DNA from: Candidatus Micrarchaeia archaeon
GTDB lineage: Archaea > Micrarchaeota > Micrarchaeia > CAILAH01
DNA: 64,000 bases
Assembly (NCBI GenBank): GCA_038874595.1
Contig: JAVZCB010000001.1
Location: 96,001 to 160,000, forward strand
Reading direction: 5' to 3'
The notes beneath the pieces were generated by a model. That model did not search any database. It was not told where the DNA came from and saw only the letters and a list, made by a program, of their open reading frames with translations. Every line of letters begins with the position of its first letter. The stretch's first letter is position 1. The position numbers and the translations under genes were made by a program. Shown piece after piece: positions 47,957 to 58,653 of this stretch.

Positions 47957-48787
47957 ATGGTTTTAAGGCGGCTTAATATTAAAATAATTCGCCGTTTCAG
48001 CATACCTGTGGCCACCTCAATAAGGATTAACAGCCTTCGCATAAGCAGAGATGAATTTGAAGGTATAATGTCAAAGTATGGGATAACTCCAGTTTCATGG
48101 TATAGTGGGGCGTACACTTCAGATTACGAAAATTTGAGTAAGACACTTGAGTACCAGCTTGGTTATTTTTATATCCAGTCACTTTCTTCAATGGTCCCAC
48201 CACTCGTGCTTGACCCAAAACCTGGTGATGTCGTTCTTGACGTTGCAGCTGCCCCGGGCAGCAAATCAACGCAGTGCGCAATGCAAATGAACGATAAGGG
48301 AGTGGTTATTGCAAATGACGTGTCATATATGCGTTTGAAAAGCCTTGCAAGTCATATAAACCGGTTAGGGATAACTTGCATTGCAATGACCAATTTTGAT
48401 GGCCGGAGGTTTCCTAAATTAGCATCGTTCAACAAAGTGCTATTAGATGCGCCGTGCAGTTCGATGGGCTCGCGCAGGTGCACAATCCAGCATTCAGATG
48501 GCAGGATAAAAAGCCTTGCGCATTTGCAGAAATCTCTGCTTTTGCGGGCATTTGACTTGCTTTCGCCTGAGGGCACACTTGTCTATTCAACATGCACAAC
48601 TACCATTGAAGAGAATGAGGGGGTTATTAATGCTCTCCTCGAAAAGAGGGATGATGTAGTTCTTGAAACACCCGTGCTGCCTTTCAGGCACGAAAAAGGC
48701 ATTTCAGGCAATTCCGTAATAGATGAGAAGGTATGCAGGTTTACGCTTGATGAATCCTTTTTCATTGCAAAGCTGCGGAAGAGATGA
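47957..48787 (+). CDS. RsmB/NOP2 family RNA m5C methyltransferase
   Basis: VLDVAAAPGSKS, LLDAPCS, VYSTCT; start probably downstream (GTG 48008). Confidence 0.93.
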   Translation: MVLRRLNIKIIRRFSIPVATSIRINSLRISRDEFEGIMSKYGITPVSWYSGAYTSDYENLSKTLEYQLGYFYIQSLSSMVPPLVLDPKPGDVVLDVAAAPGSKSTQCAMQMNDKGVVIANDVSYMRLKSLASHINRLGITCIAMTNFDGRRFPKLASFNKVLLDAPCSSMGSRRCTIQHSDGRIKSLAHLQKSLLLRAFDLLSPEGTLVYSTCTTTIEENEGVINALLEKRDDVVLETPVLPFRHEKGISGNSVIDEKVCRFTLDESFFIAKLRKR

Positions 48788-49212
48788 TTATGGGCTCAAA
48801 ATTCTCTGAATACATTAAATCGAGGTTCGGCATCATACTTAGCGATGAATTTGTAATAGAGGAGAGGACGAGCAAGGTTTACGTATATTCAAAATCTCTT
48901 GATCAATTAAGGTTAAGAAACATACACAGAAAAGGCATTCTTGCTGGCAAGCTCGATTCAATATACGGTGTCAAGCCATCACTGGATTTCGTGCTTGTGT
49001 TTGGGCATCTTGCACAGAAGAACAATATTACAATATCCGATGATGATGTGGTAAGGTTGTTTTCAGGTGAGAATATCGTGCTCAACTGCCAGCCACAAAA
49101 CTGCACAGATGGCCTTGTAATTCTCACATGCAGGAGAGGTATGGGTGTTGGTATTGCTTATAACAGGGGCGGTGTGCTGCAATCCCTTATCCCGAAAGAC
49201 CGCCGGATATGA
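48784..49212 (+). CDS. NIP7/PUA-like partner of the m5C methyltransferase
   Basis: Overlaps the MTase stop; PUA-like C-terminus (LFSGENI...GLVIL...VGIA). Confidence 0.6.
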   Translation: MIMGSKFSEYIKSRFGIILSDEFVIEERTSKVYVYSKSLDQLRLRNIHRKGILAGKLDSIYGVKPSLDFVLVFGHLAQKNNITISDDDVVRLFSGENIVLNCQPQNCTDGLVILTCRRGMGVGIAYNRGGVLQSLIPKDRRI

Positions 49213-49274
49213 CATAGGAGCATTTTTAATATTGCCTTATCATAGAATTAACAGTTGCAATTAAAGGTGTAACT

Positions 49275-50051
49275 ATGCGCATTGGAAAAGTTGAGCAATA
49301 CCTGCTGGACAAGATAGAGGCAAAGAAGGCTATACTGTCAATTGTGATAGACCCTGTTGATTACCCATCACCTGATGCTGCAATAAAAACAGGCATATCC
49401 GCAGCTGAGGCTGGTGCCGACATAATTGCAATTGGCGGCTCGATAGGTGCACAGGGCGAGCTGTTAGATAACGTTACAAAAGAGATAAAGAGCCACATTT
49501 CAGTTCCAGTAATCTTGTTCCCGGGCAATGTTGGGACAATAACAAGGTATGCAGATGCAATCTATTTCCTTACACTTATTAACTCACGCAACCCGTATTG
49601 GCTCGGCCAGGCGCAGATGTTAGGTGCACCGTTGCTCAGGCAGTTTAACATAGAATCTATCCCGACAGCATATATTGTGGTTGAGCCGGGCGGCACGGTC
49701 GGTTGGGTAGGCGATGCAAAGCTTATCCCGAGAAACAAGCCTAAGATTGCAGCTGCACTTGCAATGACAGGTGAGCTTGCCGGTAATCATATGGTATTTA
49801 CCGATGCAGGGTCGGCAAGCGAGATGGGCCCGATACCGATAGAGATGGTTAGGTATGTGCGCAAAGCAACCACACTGCCGTATATGGTCGCTGGTGGGAT
49901 AAGAAAGTTTGAGGAAGCGCGTGAAATAATCAGGGCAGGTGCAGATATGGTACAGATAGGGACCGCAGTTGAGAATGCAAGCGATATTAAGTACAGGGTT
50001 GAGACGTTCAAGAAGGCGGTAGATGATGCAATCAAGAGCAGGGTTGTGTAG
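49275..50051 (+). CDS. Geranylgeranylglyceryl phosphate synthase (group II-like)
   Basis: IDP, IGGS, PVILFPGN, NSRNPYW, AYIVVEPGGTVGWVG, AGS, GGIR. Confidence 0.92.
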   Translation: MRIGKVEQYLLDKIEAKKAILSIVIDPVDYPSPDAAIKTGISAAEAGADIIAIGGSIGAQGELLDNVTKEIKSHISVPVILFPGNVGTITRYADAIYFLTLINSRNPYWLGQAQMLGAPLLRQFNIESIPTAYIVVEPGGTVGWVGDAKLIPRNKPKIAAALAMTGELAGNHMVFTDAGSASEMGPIPIEMVRYVRKATTLPYMVAGGIRKFEEAREIIRAGADMVQIGTAVENASDIKYRVETFKKAVDDAIKSRVV

Positions 50052-50053
50052 GC

Positions 50054-50455
50054 ATGTATGAATTTTCAATTACAACCTCCAGTAAGATAGGAATAGTGGA
50101 CATAACAGAAGAGGTTATGCGCGCCGTTACAGGGGCAAAAGTTGATGAAGGTATATGTGTGGTTTACGTACCGCATGCAACCGCTGGTGTAATCATTAAT
50201 GAGTACGAGCCTAATCTTAAGCAGGATCTTCTGGATATGCTTCAAAGCATTATCCGGGAAGACTCGAAATACAAGCACAACACGATTGATGATAATGCAT
50301 CCGCACACCTGCGAAGCGCGCTTACTGGTTCATCCGTTGTTTTGCCAATTTCAGGGCATAAGCTTATGCTCGGTACTTGGCAGAGGATACTACTTTGCGA
50401 ATTTGACGGTCCGCGACGAAGAACAGTTTATGTCAGTGTAATTAAGTCAAGTTAA
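50054..50455 (+). CDS. yjbQ: YjbQ/UPF0047 family protein
   Basis: PHATAG..INE, NASAHLRS, LGTWQRI..EFDGPR. Confidence 0.93.
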   Translation: MYEFSITTSSKIGIVDITEEVMRAVTGAKVDEGICVVYVPHATAGVIINEYEPNLKQDLLDMLQSIIREDSKYKHNTIDDNASAHLRSALTGSSVVLPISGHKLMLGTWQRILLCEFDGPRRRTVYVSVIKSS

Positions 50456-50486
50456 CATTATACAATACATAATTCTTGTTTTAGTA

Positions 50487-52091
50487 ATGTTTAAAATAAA
50501 ATCAAGGCCAAACTTTGATGTTATGGCTGATGATGCTTACACAAGAGCGCTCGATGAGATTCTTGATGTGCTTTCTTCAGGTACGAGCACAGATATTGAG
50601 AGGCTAAAGCGTACTGTGTGCGATAAGAACAGGTTTTCAGCGTTCATACGGAATTCGGCACTTGTCAAGCGGGCAAAGGAGCGCGGCCTTTATCATTTGA
50701 TATCGCAGCTGCGCAAGAGGCCTATGCGAAGCATAAGTGGCATTGTTAACATTGCAATAATGACGATAAGCAACTGCCCGCATGGCAGGTGTACTTATTG
50801 CCCAAAAGGTGAAGGTGCCCCAAATTCTTATACGGGTTTTGAGCCAGCTACAATGCGCGGTATCCAGAATAAGTTTGATGCATACGAGCAGGTAAAATCC
50901 CGCATAACACAACTAAGTGAGATTGGCCATCCGACTGATAAATGCGAGGTTATCATACAGGGGGGGACATTTCTGGCGCAGCCCAGGGAGTACCAGGAAA
51001 GTTTTATGCTTGGCATGTACAATGCGCTGAACGGGTACAAATCAGATACTCTTGCGCAGGCGATAACGCTAAACGAGAAAGCGCCGCACAGGTGCATAGG
51101 ATTAACAATTGAGACGCGCCCCGATTGGTGTTTCCAGCAGCATGTTGATGCAATGTTATCTTTCGGTGCAACGCGTGTGGAGATAGGTGTGCAGACGCTT
51201 AAGCGCGATGTACTTGAAAAAACTAACCGCGGGCATACGCTTGAGGATGTATGGAAAGCCACACAAGTTGCAAAGGATTCTTTTTTCAAGGTATGCTATC
51301 ATATGATGCCTGGGCTGTATGCTACACCCGACGAGGATGTTGGGATGTTCAGGGAGCTTTTTGATAACCCGTACTACCGGCCAGATATGCTTAAGATATA
51401 CCCATTTTTGGTTATGCGTGGCACAGAGATTTATGAAGAGTGGCTGCAGGGCAAGATAACTCCGTATACAACTGAAGAGGCTGCAGATGTAATTGTTAGG
51501 GCATATGCTCACATACCCTATTATGTAAGGGTGATGCGTGTACAGCGCGATATACCTGCTTACTTGATTGAGAGCGGTGTAAAAAAAAGCAACCTGCGCC
51601 AGCTTGTTGAGAATAAGCTGGCTGAAAAAAGAATAACAACAGGTGAGATAAGGTACCGGGAGATAGGTCACAATCTGCTTAAGGGCAATGTCAATTATGA
51701 AATGCTCGAGCCGGAACTCATTGTAAGGAAGTATGATGCGTCAGATGGCGAGGAGTATTTCATTAGCTTTGAAGACAAGAGGACATCAATCCTGTTTGGT
51801 TTTGTTAGGTTAAGAGTGCCATCATCACCGCACAGGAAAGAGATAACACAGCGCTCTGCCGGCATACGTGAGCTTCACGTATACGGTGAACAGCTACCAT
51901 TAAGGCACAGGAGTGATGCGTCACCACAGCATAGGGGGTTTGGTAAAAGCCTGATGGCGGAAGCTGAGCGCATTTCTAAAGAAGAGCTTGATATGAACAA
52001 GCTGCTTGTTATAAGTGGTGTTGGTGTAAGAGATTACTATAGGAAACTTGGCTACACACTTGATGGGCCATACATGTCAAAAATGCTTTAG
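50487..52091 (+). CDS. elp3: tRNA U34 acetyltransferase Elp3 (radical SAM plus GNAT)
   Basis: CPHGRCTYCP, QGGTF, ETRPD, RVQRDIP, RELHVYG, QHRGFG, ISGVGVRDYY. Confidence 0.96.
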   Translation: MFKIKSRPNFDVMADDAYTRALDEILDVLSSGTSTDIERLKRTVCDKNRFSAFIRNSALVKRAKERGLYHLISQLRKRPMRSISGIVNIAIMTISNCPHGRCTYCPKGEGAPNSYTGFEPATMRGIQNKFDAYEQVKSRITQLSEIGHPTDKCEVIIQGGTFLAQPREYQESFMLGMYNALNGYKSDTLAQAITLNEKAPHRCIGLTIETRPDWCFQQHVDAMLSFGATRVEIGVQTLKRDVLEKTNRGHTLEDVWKATQVAKDSFFKVCYHMMPGLYATPDEDVGMFRELFDNPYYRPDMLKIYPFLVMRGTEIYEEWLQGKITPYTTEEAADVIVRAYAHIPYYVRVMRVQRDIPAYLIESGVKKSNLRQLVENKLAEKRITTGEIRYREIGHNLLKGNVNYEMLEPELIVRKYDASDGEEYFISFEDKRTSILFGFVRLRVPSSPHRKEITQRSAGIRELHVYGEQLPLRHRSDASPQHRGFGKSLMAEAERISKEELDMNKLLVISGVGVRDYYRKLGYTLDGPYMSKML

Positions 52092-52111
52092 AGCGGCATG
52101 TTATCATGCGT

Positions 52112-52777
52112 TTAGTTTTGGGCTGAAAAGACAGTTGATACATTTTTTGCGATTGCGTTGATGCTTTCGATTTTCAGTATTTTTCCTTGTGCATGATGTA
52201 TAACTATTCCTGTGAGATATCCAGGCCTACCACCAATGCCTTCCAGGCAAAACCCAAGTTTATTGCTCAGTGCGACCCACAGTGGTGCTATTGTAAAATC
52301 ATGAGTAACAGCAATTATGCTTTTTTCAACCAGGTATTTTTGCAGGACTTCATCGGCATAATCTGATGGAGAGTTGTATTTGAAAAGGTTGAATTTGCTA
52401 TATCTCTTGAACAGAGTTTCTGTTTGCATAAAGAACATCGAGAAGAAGTCACTATTCATACATAGATGGTTCCATTCATCAACGTTCTTAACAAAACCAG
52501 CACAGAGCGTATCCGGCTCCTTAAGCTCACTTATCAGCGGCACCCTTTTTATAGGTGAATACCCTAATGAGATTAGCATAGCTGTTTCGCGACACCTCTT
52601 TCTCCTGCTTGTGTGTATCTCTTGTATATCCTCTGAGAATCTCCCTTTAAGGAATCTGCCAGCCTTGAATGCATTTATCTTTCCTTCGATTGTAAGGCCG
52701 CCTTCAGAAAAATCACTTGGTACGGATATATGCCGCCTGTTTGCATGTCTAATAAATATTGTCTTGTGTATTTGCAT
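52112..52777 (-). CDS. Histidine phosphatase superfamily protein
   Basis: FIRHA, LTIEG, TSRRKRCRETA, VTHD. Confidence 0.85.
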   Translation of the reverse strand: MQIHKTIFIRHANRRHISVPSDFSEGGLTIEGKINAFKAGRFLKGRFSEDIQEIHTSRRKRCRETAMLISLGYSPIKRVPLISELKEPDTLCAGFVKNVDEWNHLCMNSDFFSMFFMQTETLFKRYSKFNLFKYNSPSDYADEVLQKYLVEKSIIAVTHDFTIAPLWVALSNKLGFCLEGIGGRPGYLTGIVIHHAQGKILKIESINAIAKNVSTVFSAQN

Positions 52778-52857
52778 AGGGGAAATTTTGGAGTTGATGA
52801 GTTAATAAACATTTAGGTTTTAGGTATGCTTTTATTATTCCATTGCATTATATTCTT

Positions 52858-54549
52858 ATGCGCATATTCAACAATCTTGTCTTTGCAAGCGTGTTCACGC
52901 TTGTACTGTTATTCTCAATGGTTGGGTTTTTTGTTATTCTGGCCTTTTTTCTTACGGGGGCATTGAGCCTAATATTTGCAATAGCATTTATCATCCTGTT
53001 CAACTTCATCCTGTTTTTCATCTCACCGATATTAATGGACTTAATGCTGAGATTTCTCTATAAATCCGAAGAAGTCAAGCTTGATGCTTTTATTAGCAGG
53101 ATTGGTAGGCCAGCAGAAGTTATACATAGGGTGATGGCCGAGAAAAAGTACATTAACATACGCAACGTTTACATAATTAACGATAATACACCAACCGCAT
53201 TCACTTACGGTTCTCTCCCATCGGAAGCACGCCTTGCAGTATCGCGTGGGCTTCTTGAAATGCTAAATGAAGACGAGATTGAGATTGTGCTCGCGCACGA
53301 GCTGGGCCACATCGCGAACCTTGATTTTATAATAATGACGATTGCGCAAACTATTGTAGAAATATTCTATGTAATATATACTTCATTGCTTAAAAGCGCA
53401 AAGTCAGGCGCACAGAGCAGTAGAGGTAGTAAGAAGGGAGGAGGTATATTATTCATACTTCTGTTTGCAATACTTGCGTACTCTTTTTATGTTATATCCC
53501 GTTACGTAGTTCTTTACCTGAGCAGGGTACGCGAGTATTATGCCGACGAATTTGCAGTAAAGCACACAAGAAAGCCAAAATCGCTTGCAATGGCACTCAT
53601 TAAGATTGCATACGGCCTTGGCATTGCACCGCCAGAGCAATGGAACAAGTTTAAGGGTCTGGAGGCACTTTGCATCTCATCACCAACAAGCTTTGTAATA
53701 AAACCTTCCAACAACCCGGATGATTTCATTAAATATACGGATTTTGATTTCAAATCCCCATGGGCTTCCCTTGTAGAGCTCGATGCAACGCATCCGCTAA
53801 TTGGGAAACGCGTTAAAAGGATATATGAGGTTGGGATAGAGATGGGGCTTATTGACAGGTTGCCTAAGGATATTGCAAATGTAAAAGAGCACGTTGTAAA
53901 AGCAAACCCCGCTGTAATAGGGTTGTATATTCTTGCAATGCCGTTGTTTATAGTGTGTGCATATATTCTATCATTTATAATCGGGCTGGTAGGCGTTTTT
54001 GCAGCTGGTGCTGTCGGGGCTGGCATTGCACTGATGATCTTGGCGGGAGCGGTAGGAATTTCAATTATTGCAAAGGGCATCCTGCAATTTTTGCGTTATG
54101 CAGATAGGAATGAGCATCAGCTCGAAGAGCTTCTAATGGATGAGACGGCATCACCTGTGCAGGGCAAGGCACTTAGCATAGAAGGCACAGCACTTGGTAG
54201 GGGCGAGGCAGGGTTCCTGCTTTCAACAGACCTATATGTCCGCACGAAGGAAAACGTGTTTTTGCTTGTAAAGACGGGATTCGCAATCCCAATTCTTAAT
54301 TTTGTGATTGGCATACTCCGTATATTCAGGATGGAAAAACTTCTTGGGCAGGATGTCCGTATTAAGGGATGGTTTTTCAGGGGTAACGGCTACTGGATAG
54401 ACGGAGATAAGATAGAATTCAAAATAGGCGACAAGTGGGAAAACCTAATGGGGATAGGGGCAATAATTAATGGTCTTCTATACTTAGTCACCGGTGGGTT
54501 TGTTATGGTTCTTGCACTATTTGCACCACTTTTGCTGCTTGTGCTTTAA
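52858..54549 (+). CDS. Long HtpX-like M48 zinc metalloprotease
   Basis: PTAFTYG, AHELGH, LSRVREYYAD, THP. Confidence 0.9.
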   Translation: MRIFNNLVFASVFTLVLLFSMVGFFVILAFFLTGALSLIFAIAFIILFNFILFFISPILMDLMLRFLYKSEEVKLDAFISRIGRPAEVIHRVMAEKKYINIRNVYIINDNTPTAFTYGSLPSEARLAVSRGLLEMLNEDEIEIVLAHELGHIANLDFIIMTIAQTIVEIFYVIYTSLLKSAKSGAQSSRGSKKGGGILFILLFAILAYSFYVISRYVVLYLSRVREYYADEFAVKHTRKPKSLAMALIKIAYGLGIAPPEQWNKFKGLEALCISSPTSFVIKPSNNPDDFIKYTDFDFKSPWASLVELDATHPLIGKRVKRIYEVGIEMGLIDRLPKDIANVKEHVVKANPAVIGLYILAMPLFIVCAYILSFIIGLVGVFAAGAVGAGIALMILAGAVGISIIAKGILQFLRYADRNEHQLEELLMDETASPVQGKALSIEGTALGRGEAGFLLSTDLYVRTKENVFLLVKTGFAIPILNFVIGILRIFRMEKLLGQDVRIKGWFFRGNGYWIDGDKIEFKIGDKWENLMGIGAIINGLLYLVTGGFVMVLALFAPLLLLVL

Positions 54550-54614
54550 TTATTTTTTTGTATTCTTTTTGGATTTGTGTGATAGCTTATTAATCCTGTT
54601 GTAGAATGATATTT

Positions 54615-55283
54615 ATGGCCTATAAGTTATCTGCATCCTCTTTGTATCTATTCGAGGAATGTCCTCGTTGCTTCTGGCTTAAGCTTAACAAGAAAATATC
54701 GCGGCCTGAGGTTGCATTCCCATCACTTCCCGCAGGTATGGACCACATATTAAAGGAGCATTTTGACAGCTATACGCTGCTCGGTGAGCTGCCCCCAGAG
54801 CTAAATGGTAAGGTTGCAGATTGTAAGCTGTTTGATGATGTTAAGGCGCTCAGGTCTATGAGGGCACCTAATGGGTCGCTGAAATGGGAGGATGAAGACG
54901 GTAATGTTTTATGTGGTGCGATTGATTGCCTTCTCGTAAAGGGGGATAGGGTTATCATTCTTGATTACAAGACGCGCGGGTATGCTATCAAGGAAGACAC
55001 GCATAAACATTACAATAACCAGATGGACATTTATGCGTTCCTTCTCCAGCAAGCTGGTTATAATATTGAAGATTATGCTTTCCTTTTGTTCTATTTCCCA
55101 AAACAAGTTAATCGTAACGGAGACTTTGTGTTTGATTCAAGACTTGTTAGGATAAATGTAAGCCCTGAGCGTGCAAGGAAATTATTCAGGAGAGGAGTAG
55201 AAGTTCTTAAGGGCCCAATGCCGGCACCATCACCAGATTGTGGGTTTTGCAGGTGGGCTGAAAAATTGAGCGTTCTCTATTGA
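54615..55283 (+). CDS. PD-(D/E)XK nuclease (RecB/AddB/Cas4-like)
   Basis: LSASS...CPRCFW, GAID, LDYKT, QMDIY, CGFC. Confidence 0.88.
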   Translation: MAYKLSASSLYLFEECPRCFWLKLNKKISRPEVAFPSLPAGMDHILKEHFDSYTLLGELPPELNGKVADCKLFDDVKALRSMRAPNGSLKWEDEDGNVLCGAIDCLLVKGDRVIILDYKTRGYAIKEDTHKHYNNQMDIYAFLLQQAGYNIEDYAFLLFYFPKQVNRNGDFVFDSRLVRINVSPERARKLFRRGVEVLKGPMPAPSPDCGFCRWAEKLSVLY

Positions 55284-55330
55284 AAAATCCCAGGTAGCGT
55301 TTTATTTAAGATATTTCTGTGTAAATATAC

Positions 55331-55897
55331 ATGAGGGAAAAGGAGCTGATTATGATGGATATGTTCAAACCAAAACCAATGCCACGTGTGCAGGATGCGA
55401 AATCACAGGCTGAGGAAAAGATATACACCAAAATCATAGGTGATGATGACGATGATGGCGGTGCGGCTGTTGCAGCTGCAGAAGACGTGCAGAAGCTGCC
55501 ACAAAAGCCATCCTCAGGGGTTGTCAAGATTGAGCTTGCAAAAGTATTTTTCAAGTGTGGCCAGGAAGTTTCAGGAAGGGTCTCTGTAAAGATGAACAAA
55601 CCACTCAACGCAGAATCGCTGGTTGTTGCAGTGTGGGGGCAGAAAGCAGTTAATGTCCCTCCTTCACTGAGGAACCAAGGTGAGACAGGTGCAAGACAGA
55701 TTTTTGTGAGCCAGCGCTCGCGAGAGTTATCAGGCCCAAAGGTATTTGATGGTGAGCACGTGTTTGAATTTAAATTACCGATTGTTGCACCCATGCCCGA
55801 CATTGCAGCAAACTATAGGTGGTATGTGGGCGCATCGCTTCTTGCACCACAGGAAGAAATCACCGATATGATTGAGATCAAAGTTGCAGATTACTAA
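55331..55897 (+). CDS. Hypothetical protein with arrestin-N/SpoOM-like beta-sandwich
   Basis: IELAKVFFKCGQEVSGRVSV...VAVWG...GEHVFEFKLP...WYVGASL. Confidence 0.55.
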   Translation: MREKELIMMDMFKPKPMPRVQDAKSQAEEKIYTKIIGDDDDDGGAAVAAAEDVQKLPQKPSSGVVKIELAKVFFKCGQEVSGRVSVKMNKPLNAESLVVAVWGQKAVNVPPSLRNQGETGARQIFVSQRSRELSGPKVFDGEHVFEFKLPIVAPMPDIAANYRWYVGASLLAPQEEITDMIEIKVADY

Positions 55898-55977
55898 CTT
55901 ATTTTGCCTTTTGTTCTTAATTTGTGGCCATACTCAGAAATATAAATATAATTCCTAATTATTTTAGCAGTGATAGT

Positions 55978-56190
55978 ATGTTTGGTTTGGAAGTAAATGA
56001 AGGCACTATTGACCGAGCAGTACGTATCATTGTAGGGGTACTGGCTGCGGCGGTAGCATTTTTTAGGATGGTAATGCCTCCTCTTGACTTGCTATTGTAT
56101 GTTATTGCAGTGGTATTGATTATAACAGGGATTACAGGCTTCTGCGGCCTTTACAGGCTATTGGGAATAAACACTCTAAGCAAGAAGTAA
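55978..56190 (+). CDS. DUF2892 (YgaP-like) membrane protein
   Basis: NEGTIDRAVRIIVG...TGITGFCGLYRLLGINT. Confidence 0.92.
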   Translation: MFGLEVNEGTIDRAVRIIVGVLAAAVAFFRMVMPPLDLLLYVIAVVLIITGITGFCGLYRLLGINTLSKK

Positions 56191-56318
56191 CAATTCTTAT
56201 AATGTTACAGTTTGTATTGGATGAACACAGAGACTAATCGAATTTTGTATTCTTCAATAAAACTGCAGTAATACATCCAATCAAAAATTTTTTATTTGTA
56301 ATCTACCAGAATTGCGTC

Positions 56319-57029
56319 GTGCGCGTTACTGGCATAATTCCAATAGAAACCACAAGGCACATGCATAAGAGTAATCTGGCAAGGTTGCTTCCGCTAACTG
56401 ATATAATAGAAGCGCAGCACGCTGCCTGCGATTTTGTATCCGGATGGCAGATGCCTGCACACTTAAAGATATATTATAGGTGCTCACACGAGCTTGCAAT
56501 GGGCAAGAAAAGTGTTGCATACTATAACTATATTGGCAACAAGCCGAGCAGGCGTAGGATAGTGGTGTTTATTGACAAGATGGTGCGGCGCCTTTACAGG
56601 ACGAAATCAAAAGAGCCGTATAAAGTCTACCTTGGCGGAGTGCTTGTGCATGAGTTTTGCCATGTAAGGGATTACAGTAACAGGTTCCCAATAGTATTTA
56701 AGCAATACCAGCCTTTACAAAATGAAGAAGACAAAATGCTTACTTACATATATGACTTTATATGTGAAGCACATGCGGAAGAGCAGTGCACCTCTTTCAT
56801 TCAAAAATATTCCCCAACATACAAGCCGTTGAGCATATTTAAGCTGTACCGTGAGCTGCTCACAGAGTTTAAGTCACCTATGTATATATACCGCAAGATT
56901 ACTCGGTTGATTAATGTTTGTCGTTTAATACTCGGTGATGGATGGTTTTACAAGGTGGCTTTAAATCCACCTGATTTTGATGATTTGTCACATCCTGAGG
57001 AATATGCAGAATGGCTTGGTGGGATTTAA
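56319..57029 (+). CDS. Hypothetical protein with HExxH zincin motif
   Basis: VLVHEFCH and downstream EAHAE. Confidence 0.6.
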   Translation: MRVTGIIPIETTRHMHKSNLARLLPLTDIIEAQHAACDFVSGWQMPAHLKIYYRCSHELAMGKKSVAYYNYIGNKPSRRRIVVFIDKMVRRLYRTKSKEPYKVYLGGVLVHEFCHVRDYSNRFPIVFKQYQPLQNEEDKMLTYIYDFICEAHAEEQCTSFIQKYSPTYKPLSIFKLYRELLTEFKSPMYIYRKITRLINVCRLILGDGWFYKVALNPPDFDDLSHPEEYAEWLGGI

Positions 57030-57054
57030 AATAATTTATGTATATATACCGTAA

Positions 57055-58653
57055 ATGGATTTTCTTGACGGGATACCAATAGATATGCTGCTTTCGATAC
57101 TGCCAGCTGTTGTGCTTTTCCTTTATGGTATAGAGCATTTCAGCAAAGAGATTCTAAAAGCATCAGGTGATTTCTTTCGATCAACAGTTCATAAGCTCAC
57201 AAAAACTCCTGTTAGAGGCCTGGTTTCAGGAATGATTGTCTGCTCAATCATACAATCAAGTACAGCTACCACACTCATTGCAGTAGGCCTTGTAAATGCA
57301 GGGCTCATCTCATTTTCACAGAGCTTGGGTGTGATATTTGGCGCAAACATAGGAACTGCGGTAACGGCACAGCTCATTGCACTTAAGCTTACTGCTTTTG
57401 CTCCTGTGTTCATTGTTATTGGCTTCATAGTGGATATTATAGGAGGAAAATACAAGTTTATCGGCAAGCCGCTGTTTTATTTCGGCCTTGTATTCTTCTC
57501 TCTCACTCTTTTATCCGGCTCGGTAGAGGTGCTTAAGGATAATCCACAGGTACTTAGTTTGTTTTCGCACTTCACAAACCCATTATGGGGAGTTTTTGTT
57601 GGCTTTATTGTAACAAACCTGTTCCAGTCAAGCTCGGTAACTACTGGCATTGTGGTCATTTTTGCACAGGGCGGCCTGATTGGATTTAGTGATGCGCTCC
57701 TGCTCATACTTGGCGCTAACATTGGCACAACTGTGACAACACTACTAGCGTCAACAAGGATGGACCTTGCAGCGAGGAGGGCAGCGGCAGCACATTTCCT
57801 GTTTAATGTGCTAGGTGTAATACTGATACTCCCATTCCTTCCACAATTCAGTGCGTTTGTAGAGTCGCTGGGTGGTGATGAAGGCCAAATGGTTGCAAAT
57901 GCACATATGCTGTTCAACGTATCTGCAGCGCTTTTGTTCTTGCTTGCACTCGGCCCATTCGAGATACTTGTGAAACGGCTCGTGCCGGGAGAGCAAAAAG
58001 AGATCGTGCTCGCTCCAAAATACCTAAATGGCGAAGTACCAAAGGATAATACCGAAGCGTTTAAGCTGGTTGAAAAAGAGATACATCATATGATGGACGT
58101 GTCGCGTGATATGTACGATGAGGTTATACATTCCATACAGGCAAGAAAGGATTGCCGCAGCCGTGTTGATAAGCTTTAGGCATATACCGATTTGCTTGAT
58201 GACCAAATTAGCATGGCACTGCTTAAAATCTCACAGCGTGAACTTACTAAAAAGGAGGTGGAGCATATAGTGCTACTCACGCGCATATCCAACCAAGTTG
58301 AGCAGTTTGCGGATTCGATAAAAATAATCAGCAATCTTTATTCAAACCTTCGCGACCGGGGTGTTTATCTTTCAGATGAATCAATGGCGGCATTTCTTAG
58401 CTGTTCAGTTATGGTACGGGAGAACCTTGAGCTGCTGCTTGAGAGCGAACTCAATAAGATGGATGATAAAACGGTTTCAAGGATGCGACAGAACGATGAT
58501 AAGCTGCGCGCAGAGATTAACAGTGCATACAAAGAGCATCTCAAACGTATTCAAATGAAATCCTCAAACTATGGGAGCCTATTTATTGAGATGCTTTCCA
58601 CGCTTGACAATGCCAACGATCGCCTGAGAACTATACGTAAGATGTTGCAGTAA
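57055..58653 (+). pseudogene. Na/Pi cotransporter (NptA/YjbB, with PhoU domains) interrupted by in-frame TAG at 58177-58179
   Basis: Two QSSS/GANIGT repeats; the reading frame continues past TAG through the PhoU-like domain to 58653. Confidence 0.8.

Noticed and set aside
47391-47976. Repeat-containing ORFs across tRNA-Val (181, 97 and 82 aa)
   Set aside because: They are open only because the 72-bp unit is a multiple of 3; they overlap the tRNA exons or intron and show no nuclease or other motif
54615-55283. Cas4 of a CRISPR-Cas system
   Set aside because: Solo RecB-like nuclease with no cas1, cas2 or array nearby
57055-58653. Genome-wide amber recoding
   Set aside because: elp3, uppS, yhaM, mgtA and GGGPS end in TAG at their expected C-termini; the other internal TAG is in a multiply frameshifted ZIP pseudogene
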